Assembly: GCA_965153455.1 (NCBI GenBank)
Contig: OZ234493.1
Span: 18,590,213 to 18,654,212 of the forward strand
Direction: 5' to 3'
DNA from: Sphagnum compactum
Taxonomy: Eukaryota
DNA: 64,000 nt
The notes under the pieces were generated by a model that was not told the origin of the DNA, searched no databases, and saw only the letters and a program-made list of their open reading frames with translations. This document shows positions 1 through 11,122 of the stretch, one piece after another; position 1 is the first letter of the stretch, and every line of letters starts with the position of its first letter. A program made the position numbers and the translations under genes.

Positions 1-3000
1 CATTGGCATTTTCTCCCTAGTGTTCTTGATATCCATAAGATGCCCTTATGTATCTTGAGGGTTTAACAAAAGGGGTGAAAAAGAATGGGTTTTTGCAAAC
101 TTTGCACACAAATTTTAAGCTAGACCACAAAGAGAAAGCACAACTCATTTGGACAAGAGGGGATAAAGCTCCTACCCAGCCCTTCATTTACAACTAAAGA
201 ATCGCACTTTTCAACATTTTTAATGAAGAAACATTGCATATGTTTCATGCGCTTTGTACGGGCCACAAGAAGACCCGAAAGAACGACAAGCCAAGGCCAT
301 CCTCACACCCTGCACTTTTCTACTCCCATTGGTCACCTTGCATTTTAAAAAAACAACCAACATGTAGTAGAGGTCTCATTTTTCCGGCCCTTTTTTTTGG
401 CCCCTTTGGGGACCAGGTCACGCATGGTCTTTTTGGTCCCCATTGATGCCATTCGGGCAAATAAAACATACGAATTGTGAAACCCGAAATTTGGAGTGAC
501 ATGAATATTGTTTTTGAATCACAATTGAGCCGAGTACGAGAGCCGAGACCATTCATTTGATGGATAAATTCACGGAGTATAAGGTCCAAAAGCATTCATT
601 TGTTGATAGGAGTCGAACACCACCGAAGACATGTGTGTGTTCCGTCCCTCAAAAATTGAACAAAAAAGGAGTTGATGTGTGGCGGATGGCGTTCCACAAA
701 GGCGATCCAAATGGCCCATCCTCGGGCCATTCATATGCACCCTAAAAACCACGAGTAATGCTATCGTCTTAGATTCCGGCCGGGTCAAGGTTGGAAACTA
801 CTTTCCTACATGATAAGATATTGGAAAAGAAATGCGTTGGAAACCACCAAAAGGAGGGGAAGGGAGAGAGGGAGACAAGGAGAAGAGGAAGAATCTGAAC
901 CCGAATGTCTTCGATCATCCTTTTTTCATTCAAAAGCTTTGTGGAAAGGGTTTTCGAAGCAACCTTGAGTATTTAGTTTCGGGGCAAAAGCCGTGCATTA
1001 GAACTTAGTTTTGAGGCAAAAGGCTGTGCTTTAGAACTACTTGGGCAAAGTTCAAATCCCAAATGCTTTGGATGATTTTTTTCCCAACCCATTGAAAGTG
1101 TGTTGAAGAAACCTAACACCCATTTCCTTGTTTTCCTTTTCTTTGTTCTTTTGGGGGGGGGGGGGTGGGGGAGAGAGAGAGAGAGGAGACCAATGCTTGA
1201 GAAACACAAAAGGAAAGGAGAAAGTATATAAAATCTAAGTGGTTTATGAGAATTTTCATTTAAAATAGGTTTGAACAAGCCTTTGGAGATCCATTGAGTT
1301 TTGCCCTTTTGATCCTCTTGCGTGTCATGTTCAACTTCCAAATGTCAATAGCCCCATGCACAATATTTGTCTCTTACGATAGGAAATGGTTTTAGCACAT
1401 GCTTGGAATGTGAATTTGAAATTTTCGTGAAGTTTGTAATTCAATGTGCTTTTGAAATGTTTACAAAATCTACCCACAAATACATACAGGCCTAGTCTTC
1501 AAAGAAAATTTCTAGAAAAACATTTCCAAATACCTAGTCCCAAGATTTTCTATAGAAAGGAAGAGGATAAGGATAGTATTTCTTTTCTCAAAAAAAAATT
1601 GGGAATTTCTTTTTTGTAATTTTTAAATAGAATTCAACTAATTTTGCTAATATTCATAGGAATTTTCCAATTTTTATATCACAAAATTGAAAAAAAAAAA
1701 TCCCAATGAGTTTGGTGGGGGGCTAAGGGGGGGGGTACTTTCAAATCTCCAAATTCAAAAATTCTCCTAGAGTTGAATTTGGAAGTTAATATTCCGACCA
1801 ACCCAAAAAATTCAAGTTCCCCCACAAAGAGATTTTCACCCCAATATTTATCATTTAGAAACCCTTTTATTGAGTTCCATGGTGATTTACTTATTATTGT
1901 CCCTAAAACAAGATGGAAAAAAATAAATTATTAATTATTATTATTATTTTATTTTATTTTAAAGTCTCTTAAGCATGAGCAAGAGCTGGTGCACCTACCT
2001 AATAGCTACTAGGCCTACCTATAAGTGTCCCTCAAAACATGGTACAAGTTGCAAGTCTACAAATATTAAGTGTGAACATCCAACTTGGGCAAGTTGTTCA
2101 CATGTGCTTTCAACCAACCATACTTCAAAAGATGCATGATCATCATCCAAATCTAGGATGATCACATCACTCAAATCAAATCAAATCAAATCAAAAAAAA
2201 ATTGTCAATTTTATTAGCTTGTTTTATTTGGTATTTTGGCCAACAACATAGAATTTGGCAACAAGAGTTTTACATTTTTTGATAACTTTGAGTGTAAAAC
2301 CCAGTCCAAAAAGCCTAATTTTTTGGTGATTTTTTTTTTTAAAATCCCACCAATAAAGCCTTTATTTGATTTTTGAAGCTTCCAACCCAAAAAAAAACAT
2401 TTTTTGATGAAATTTTGTATCAAAAAATTCAAACTATGCGTGTGATTGAGAACACATTTCTTGATTGCAAGATTCCTTTCTTATTTCAAAAAGTTTGCCA
2501 GATTTCAAGGGAAAAAGGTTTTCAAATCGTCGTGTCACATGAACATAGTAGGTTCCCCTAACTTTTGTTACTTCCGTCTCCAACTATATAGCCAGATTTG
2601 GCTAAGAACTTATGAGGATTGTCACTTGGAATGAATTTCACAATTTAAATAGTGTGAAACAAGTCTTTTTTTTTAAAAAAAATTTCCCAATCTTATGTTA
2701 TCAAAATTTTGGCATTTTTTCTTCCATTAATATAGAAAATTTAATCAAATTTATTATAGGGGGGGAAAAAAAAGTTCCCAACTTTTTGGTGAGAAAACAA
2801 CAAAATTTGTCTCAAATAAAACCATTATGGATGGAGTTGCTCTAAGTAGTACTACTACTAAACTTGAAACATTAAGTTTGAACAAATACATTTCATGCAA
2901 GTTGTTTGTGGGTTCAAATGAATTGTAACATTAGATGTGAATTGGATGTTAGCAACCACCACCACCACCACCACTAGTAGTTGAAACTTGATGGCGATTG

Positions 3001-3936
3001 TTGTATTGCCCCTATCCATCATCCCAAAATTGTGTTAATTAGTTCATGGATTTCCAAATCCTTTCACAAACATTCAATTGCACAAATGATTTCAACATTT
3101 AAGTTTAGATTTCATTTGAAACGGGCAGATTAGCAAAATGTAAAGCACTCCAAGAAATTTCTTAATGTAGGGGGAGGGTACCTTATATGGATGAGTATCT
3201 CTCTTCTTTCATCCTTTCTAGGAAAGAAAAGGGGTATTATTTCTAATCCTTAAGAGTGGGAGGGACCTTACACTTATCGTGTTTTAGACAAGACGTTGTT
3301 TTTTTTTTTTTTTTAAATGCCTTCACCCTAGCACTTTATCCTACACCTTTTTCCCTTTGAAAAAGTTAATATGGTGCTTTAAACCAAAATTTAAATCATG
3401 AAGTTCTCAAACTTCACACTACTTTATTTTATCCGGTATTTTGCAAATTAAAACATTGGTGCAAAAGTGAATTTTTTTCCTTTGGTTTACAACAAGGCTT
3501 TGTGTTGTACCCGGCCTACTAGGTACTCTTCTCACGGATCATTGCTTGTAGGGATGGACTCTTCCCATGAATCTCTTTTCAACTCATGTTGCACCTTGCC
3601 TACAAGACTCTTCCAATGGGATTTCTTGTTTTTCCTTCTCAAGGAAAGGAGAGGAAAGAAAAGGTCCACTCATCCAAGGTGGCACATAGTTGCACAATAG
3701 GCAACAAAGTGGCCTTTAAAAAAAACACTCAAATCATTCAACACGAATGTGAAATGGACCACCATTTTGGCTTATTGCAAAAGATCTTCCACTTTACGCA
3801 TATTTGGGGCATGTCTTGAGTGCAAAAAAGAGAAAGAGAGAGAATCCATTGGGGGAAAATAAATAAATAAATAATCATAAACCCTAAACCCTAAACCATA
3901 ATATCAGGTGCAAGATTAACAAGTTCTTGCACAAAT

Positions 3937-4397
3937 TTTTATTAACAAAATCCCATGATACCCATACATGGGTATCACAACAAAAAAAACACAATGAAGA
4001 GCCTTTTTGGCAAACCTAATGCCCATGGAGACAGGCAATTATGTTTTTCGTAAAGCCCAATTGTTGTCAGCTTTTTACACCAAGTAAGGCACTCTCCAGG
4101 TATACTAAAAAAGCACACACAGGTATTTGCGAGTGAGATGAGTACATACTACATGACTCGCATTTTTTATTAACAAAATCCCATGACACCCGCACTTGGG
4201 TATCATGGGAAGAAACACAATGAAGAGCCTTTTTTGGCAAACCTAATGCCCATGGAGATGGGCAATTATGTAGCCCATTGTTGTCGGCTTTTTACACCAG
4301 GTAAGGAGGCGCTCTCCAGGTATACTAAAAAAGAGCGCACACGGGTATTTACAAGTGAGATGAGTATGTAAGAACATAATAATACTACATGACTCCT
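3937..4397. repeat. Tandem duplication, 2 x about 227 bp
   Basis: ttttattaacaaaatcccatga...cacaatgaagagcctttttggcaaacctaatgcccatggaga...tactacatgactc occurs twice (starting about 3937 and about 4164). Confidence 0.9.
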
Positions 4398-4661
4398 CGG
4401 AAACTTGGTTAGTTTGTTTGTGGAATTTCAATGGTTATATTATTTTCTACATTTCCTTGGGAAACAAGATGCACAGGAGGGATATCTAAGGCACCACTGA
4501 GAGCTGACAATTATGTCTTTTGGGTGTGTGCAACTTACTGACCATTGAAGGACCACCAGCAGCCTGAAAGAGCTTTCAGCCTTTGTAAAGTTTTGTCATG
4601 AATGGGTCAGAAATTTTCTTCCTCTTACAAATTTTCAACTACAGATCATCAACTTAAAGTT

Positions 4662-4662
<1 letters not shown>

Positions 4663-4695
<33 letters not shown>

Positions 4696-4970
4696 TTGAC
4701 AAGGTAAAGATAGATTTATTTTTCTCATTTTTTTCCTCTTTTTTGACAAGGTAAAGATAGATTTATTTTTCCAAATAATTTTATCTTTTTTCACAAGGTA
4801 AAGATTGAATTTTTTTTTCCAATTCATTTTCTCTTTTTTTTTTTGACAACGTAAAGATAGGATTTTTTTCTAATTTAATTTTCTCTTTGTTGACAAGGTA
4901 AAGATGGATTTTTTTATCTATTTTTTTTTTTTCCTCGTCATCGACAAGGTAAAGATAGAATTTTTTTTCC
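4663..4970. repeat. (CT)n microsatellite followed by a minisatellite (about 45-55 bp unit, 6 copies)
   Basis: Recurrent core acaa(g/c)gtaaagat followed by T-tracts. Confidence 0.85.
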
Positions 4971-5642
4971 AAAAAGAAATTCATTGTTCTTTGAATGCTA
5001 CCATCACCCACCAACACCCAAACTCCAACTTTAGACAAACACCACTTCATTCGTATTATTACATGAACATGGAAACACTTCACTATTGAAACAAAAACGA
5101 ATGAAAGTTGGTGATGAAAGTATGAAAATCTTACAATGAAAAACAGGTGAAAAAAAATTAAATTAAATTAATTGCAGAATTTTTTATTTATTTTTTAAAA
5201 ATTAACTTTGTAGGTCCCAAGAAAGCCATCCGACAAGAGGATATGGGTACACTGCATAATCTATTAATTGGTTTTTCTCTTTGTTCACGAGTTGCCAAAA
5301 ACCCATCCTAAAACCCAAAAAAGTGTGTGCGGAGATAGTTCTCACATATGCTCTGAACTTGTTGTGAGTGCAATAGCTGACCATAATGGATAACATGGGC
5401 ATGCACGTAGTGGGCGGCCGTCCTACATAACTTAACATGTTCTCTCCTCCTTTACGTGAAAGCTTGTTTGGATTTTAGCACTCTCAAATTCCATTGTACT
5501 TGAGGCCGCCTTATGAACACGCGCCGCACACCCAAACCCTAATTGGTGGAAAAATTTATGTGAAGAGCGAAGACCTAGTATTCACCTAGGGCCAAGTGAT
5601 ACAAAGGTCCCAAGTATAACCTAAAACTATGGACCATACCGC

Positions 5643-5870
5643 AATTGGACCACCCATGTGTTTCAATGTTTGCAAAGCTTGTTAATTGAAATAGACTATC
5701 GATTATTAAACACGTAATTGGACCACCCAAATATTTCAATGTTTGGAAGAAGACTTGTTAATTTAAAATAGACCATCAATAATTATGCATGTAAATTGGA
5801 CCACCCAAAAATGTTTCAATGTTTTGGAAGACTTGTTAATTTCAAAATAGACCATCAAAATAGACTATCA
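5643..5870. repeat. Tandem repeat, 3 x about 75 bp
   Basis: aattggaccaccc...tttcaatgttt...cttgttaatt...aaatagac(c/t)atc repeated three times. Confidence 0.85.
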
Positions 5871-6057
5871 ATTTACATGCCAAGAGAGAGCCAAATGAAG
5901 TGGGGGCCAAATACAACAAAGTTGTTGTTTGGAGGACAGCAGGCCACCCAAGTCTTTCAAGTAGGCCCCCCATCTATGACTTTCTAAGCATGTGCATCAA
6001 GTGTCTCTCTACTCGAGTTGTATAATGGGATGCTCAAAAACCGTATTTGACATGAAG

Positions 6058-6373
6058 CAGTGTTGGGCGGTTATTTGAATTTGTTTAATAACCTTTGGTT
6101 TCAATTTTTGGAATTGTTTTGCACGCAAAGACCTCGTTATCCTTTTTTTTTCAAACACCCGCAAAGAACTTGCGGGTTTCAGCTAAATAACCAGCAAAGA
6201 ACCATGGCTTTCTAGAAGGTTCTTTGACCGGTTTCATAGCCTTTTGGAGAACCGTGGTCGGTCATATGTAGGAATCGGTTCTTAGGCTTTTGAGAACCAT
6301 GGTTATATATTTCAAAGAACCACCCACCCTGATAATCGTGGCTGGTGCCATTTTTGATACCCGCTCAACCTTG
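6058..6373. mobile_element. hAT-family MITE (left)
   Basis: Ends cagtgttgggcggttat... and ...gatacccgctcaaccttg resemble the large hAT TIR. The internal sequence is similar to 10772-11122. Confidence 0.65.
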
Positions 6374-6381
6374 CTTCACGC

Positions 6382-9300
6382 CACTGTTGGGCGGGTATCA
6401 AAAAAATACCCCCCCCATCACCCAGGCATTTTGGGTCTAAAACTTTCAGGGTATCACATTGAGTGATTTCAAGGTATCACATTGAGTGATACCCTGAATG
6501 AAAACCGGATTGGAAAAAACTGAGACCCGGATGAGGTCTGACCCATTAGCTGGATCAGGGTCTCAGATGTGAGGGAGCATCCAAAATAGGGTTAATACGG
6601 ACTTTGGAATATAGAAACGCTACATTTCAACGGGTATCTTCTATAAACCCAAAAAAATATTATAAAAGAGACCTTTCTCTTAATCGTTCCTCCTCTTTAT
6701 TTTATTTTGGCATCCTTTGTTGATTGCTTGGAGTTGTGCTTGAAATGTTAGCTTAATTTTGAGGAAATTGATTTTTTTAATTTTCCTTTTACTACTTCCT
6801 TTTTCTCTTTCTTTGTTTTTTTCCTTCACACGTTTCACTTGTGCCTTGTTGTTTCACTCATGGCGTTTTCGCACCTTTCGCCTTGGTCATTGCTTCGCTA
6901 TCTCATCGCTTCGTAGCTTTAGTTGTTGCCTCGTAGCCTCAGTGCATCGTTCCCTTGCTACCTCGTTACATTACTCACTACCTACCTTCGTGCCTTTCAA
7001 CCATCTCGCCTCATTACCTCCGTCACATCCCTTCTATCGCCTCCCCCCTTTTCTTGTTTTGCGCCTCACTACCTCGCTACCTTGTGCCTTGTGTGTTAAT
7101 AGGTATTTCCCTCTTCTTTCCTTTGCAAGTGGAAGAGCTTGGAGCACCAAGATAAAGCCAAAGAAAAGTAATGATTTTTTTTGTCTTTGGTTTTTTTTGT
7201 TTTCTATTGCCTTTTTTTTTTTCTAAATTTTTTTTAATATATAATTAATGTTTTTATGTTTGTTTTAATTGTTTAGGATTGATTTTTTTAATGGTTTTGT
7301 TTAGAAATTTAATTTTTCCTTTTTTTTGTTTATGTATAAGAGTAAAATACAAAGAATTTTGCACAAAATTTTATTCTAATACCTTTTTTATCATGATGAG
7401 AAAGAGATATGAATGGTTTTTTTATTTTATTTTTATACCATAAACCCCATTGTTTGTTTTTTTTTTAAATCAATCTAAACATTTAAACCCATTGTTTGTA
7501 AATGTTCTTTTTTTCTTTTTTTCTTTTTTCTTTGTGCATAGAGTTTAATTCCCTTATTGTACATAGATTGTTGTAGATTTGGCTTCTGCACTAGCTTTGG
7601 ACATACTTTTGTGAAAATTATGAATGGAACAATCCTTTGTAGATGAAAATATAATAAATGATAAAAATGAAACAATCAAAATATGTATGAATGATGTAAT
7701 TTTAAAAGCCAAATAAAAAGAAAACCCAAGTGTGCACACAAAAACAAGTAGGAATCCATAAAATGACATTGAACAACTAATGAAGATAAACCTCAAAAAG
7801 TTGCATGCTCAAAAAAAATATTGGAAATTGCATGGAAGAAATTCTTTATGTTAGGGTTTTTCATTATATTAATGACAATGTAAAAGTTGATATTGAAAAT
7901 ATTCAATGAATGCATTGTATATTTTTTATCAAAATCCTATAATTAAAATAAATTCAAAAACTCAAGCAAAGAAAGAATTAATTTTTTATTACAAGAAAAA
8001 TAGAATAAATTATCTTTAAAAACATGTGGATGCAAAGCACACTATTATTGCAAAGAGGTTTTAAGGAAAAGTGAACAACAATGTGCTAAAAATAACTAAC
8101 AAAACATAACCAATAAAGAAAAGAACAAATATTGTTGGAAGGGCAATCAAATATGGCATTGCAAAAGAAAAAATCTACAACAATTTGAAATATGTTTTCA
8201 TTAAATCTAATCAAGCAAATTTGCAAAAGTGCACCACTTGGCCTAAGAAGTTTGGAAAGTGCAAATAAGAATGGAATAAGACGTGTGTTGAAACTAGAAT
8301 TTAACCTAAATAATTGAACACTTTAATAAAAACCAGGTAATATTTTAATTTGTAATATTACTTTTAGTGTTTAAAGTTTTTGAACTTTTGAATTAGACAA
8401 GATAACTAAACAATTTTGTTATTGGTTGTTTTGCAAGTTTACTAATAAGATCATTATGTTTCAAGAAGCTTTACAATTTTGTTCTAACATTATGTTTTAT
8501 TAGAACCAATAGATTGTTGTAAGAGTCACTAGTTGAATGCCTCCACCTCTAACTTGGCAAATTTTTTACATATTTATGGATTGTTTTTCTCCAATTATTT
8601 TTGTTTGTGTTCTTAACCAATCCCATGGACATTGGCTTCTTAATGATGTTTTACACTTTGCCATTTCCATGAATTTGAAACTAAAGGAAGGAAATTAAGT
8701 TGTTCCTTCATTTGAAAACTTTATGGATGGTGATTCAATTATTATTGATGATTATTTTTATTTTTTGTAACATTAGAAGGGGGGTAATTAATGTTCCGAT
8801 TTTTAAATTTTTTTTTACAAAAATATGACAATAGGAAAACCCATAATATGGTCTCTTTAATGTTAAACCCTAGGATTAAAAACCTTCATATAGCATACTC
8901 ATTTGTTGAAAGGTAACAAGGTGTTGCTCTTGTTAAGGAATATGATAAAAAATCCTTATGTCGTATGTTGATTAAATGTTATGAACATTTGCATCCTTTT
9001 GTAAGGTTAAATAAAAATTTTGTTCACCAAGATATTTTCTATCAAGATCGTAGTTTGGGTATTTTTGAACAATATACAAACACAAGTTGACACACCCCCA
9101 AACTCCTTGACAGACTCAAATGTAAGTCTCAGAATGGAAACATCGAAAAAAGAAAAAGTTGGAGTACGTTCCCTCGCTTGTAGCACTTCGAGGCGTTAGA
9201 AGGGTGTGCTGGAGCTCCAAGATAGGGATTAGGACAAATGACAAATGGGTCAATTATTCATATTAATCTGCACAAATCAAACAATAAGTTGGTTAATGCA

Positions 9301-10763
9301 TAATTGAAGCACTTTTGGTGCACAGGCAATCCATGGGCATACACGAACTCACAAGATTTACCACGACCTATACTTGGGAAAGTCATCACCTTCCCCTTTA
9401 TAGTATTTTCTATGATTCGCCACAAGGGCTACACCCAAATGGTGTTTTTCTCGGGACTCCAAGTTGAGAGTCCCGAAATTCTCGAAATTGGGAATCCCAC
9501 CACTTTGGACGCCAATAACTTCTTGTGTAAACCTTTGATTGAGGTGAAATACAAAGAAAATTTATAGCCCTCGTCAAGAGATTTCCAACAATATGTTACA
9601 TGCCCGTTACACGCACATAAACCAAGGCAATTTAATCTTTTAATGGTTGGGAGTCAAACTGACACTTCAACTCCTGCCCTTCTTTTGGTCATAACTTGTG
9701 TTGTAAGTATTCAAATGGATAATGCGACCCCATTTTAAACATCTACGTCTTAAAATCTTTCCAATGGTGTAATGAAATCCTTAATCCAATGAGTTTTGAT
9801 GTTTCAAATTGCTCTCTAAAAATTTAGGAGTCCTTTGAGCCTTCTAACTCCCAAAGTGGGAGTCCACTCGGGAGTGTGTGGGCTCATTTCACATTCTCCC
9901 ACGCTCTCGAAAGTGTGAATGTGACTCCCGGGTTGCACTCCCGACTCGCACCTTTCTATGCCTTTGGCTCAAATCGTGAGCCCAAGGCTACAGTCGTGAC
10001 ACAATTGAATCGACAAAAAAATTATGAAAAGGGAGTTACGGATTTTCAAGAAGTATCAATTGGATGTTAAGGGCATCAATATGTCCTCTTCAATGGTGGC
10101 AAAAACATGAAACAATGTTTCCTACAATTGGATTTGTAGCCCAACAAATTTTTAGCATTGCTAAATTTTAAACTGAAATAAAAAGGTTTTCTCTTTGGTT
10201 GGAATACTTACTAACTTTAGGAAATGTTGTTTGCAAATTGAAATTTTAGAATTGATATTTATCAACAAAAATTAGCCTAATGATTCTAAAATAATATGTA
10301 AATCTCCATTCAAAATTCTAACTTGATAGAATTCCTTGAAAAACATGCAAATTTAGAAAAGGAGTTAGAAGAGGTTGAAAGGGATGAAGTTGTTGAAGTG
10401 TAAAAGTTCAATAAATCAATTTTTGATTTTTTTTTTAAAAATGTTTATAATATTGCTTGTATTCTTTCATTATTAGGAAAGGAATAAAATCAATGATTTT
10501 TTAATTTTAATTTTAATTTATTGGATTGAAAAGTAAGTAATGTTCAGTTTGTGAAAACCACCAAGGCATACTCAATTGCTTTCAAATTTTTGAAAACCGC
10601 CATTGTGAGACCCAGCTTAAATTTGATTTAAAGACTATTGATACCCTTGCCCAGCATATAAATTTTAGGGGGAAAAAAAAGTGAAACCCGGACCCTTGGT
10701 AAATTATTTTGTGAAACCCGGATCTGGTGGGTATCATAAAATTGTGATACCCACCCAACACTG
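6382..10763 (+). mobile_element. Decayed hAT DNA transposon
   Basis: 19-bp TIRs cactgttgggcgggtatca (6382-6400) and tgatacccacccaacactg (10745-10763). 8-bp TSD cttcacgc (6374-6381) / cttcacac (10764-10771). Frameshifted transposase remnants include a hAT dimerisation-domain-like stretch (PLQWWQKHETMFPTIGFVAQQI) near 10080-10160. Confidence 0.85.
9088..10001. mobile_element. Solo LTR (914 bp) inserted in the hAT element
   Basis: Starts TG(ACAC) and ends (GTGA)CA, with a 5-bp TSD caagt / caatt. It has higher GC than its flanks and interrupts the hAT transposase remnant. Similar sequence recurs near 27.3, 43.4, 44.4 and 47.6 kb. Confidence 0.8.
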
Positions 10764-10771
10764 CTTCACAC

Positions 10772-11122
10772 CAGTGCTGGGAGTGTTGGGTGGGTATTTG
10801 GTGTGTTAATAACCATCAGTTACGGTGTTATTTTTGTTCAAATCAAAGAACCACCGGCTCCACGTATTTGGAAAAAAAAAAAAAAAAAAACCAGAATCAA
10901 CGGACCAGATATTCCAGTTATTTCACAAACCCGCAGAATCGGCAAGTTTCGTGAAAGAACCCTTGGTTTTCTGGGCAGTTATTTGACCTTTTTTGTATTT
11001 TTGAGAACCACGGTTATATATCAGAACCAGGTATTTTGATTCTTTGGGAACAGCAGTCACGAACCACCTTGATATCAGGTGTGGGGGTTTTGGTGCAGTT
11101 TCTAATACCCGCCCAACATGGG
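10772..11122. mobile_element. hAT-family MITE (right)
   Basis: Ends agtgttgggtgggtattt... and ...aatacccgcccaaca. It shares ttttgagaacca(c/t)ggttatatat with the left MITE. The exact left boundary is uncertain (10772-10781). Confidence 0.6.

Noticed and set aside
230..810. GC-elevated stretch that looks like decayed coding sequence
   Set aside because: All frames are broken and I recognise no family. BLASTx is needed before any call.
3937..5870. Repeat arrays considered as CRISPR-like
   Set aside because: The units are degenerate tandem copies without unique constant-length spacers, the context is eukaryotic, and there are no cas genes.
6759..7226. 155-aa plus-strand ORF
   Set aside because: Starts at a non-ATG codon and translates the pyrimidine-rich subterminal region of the hAT element.
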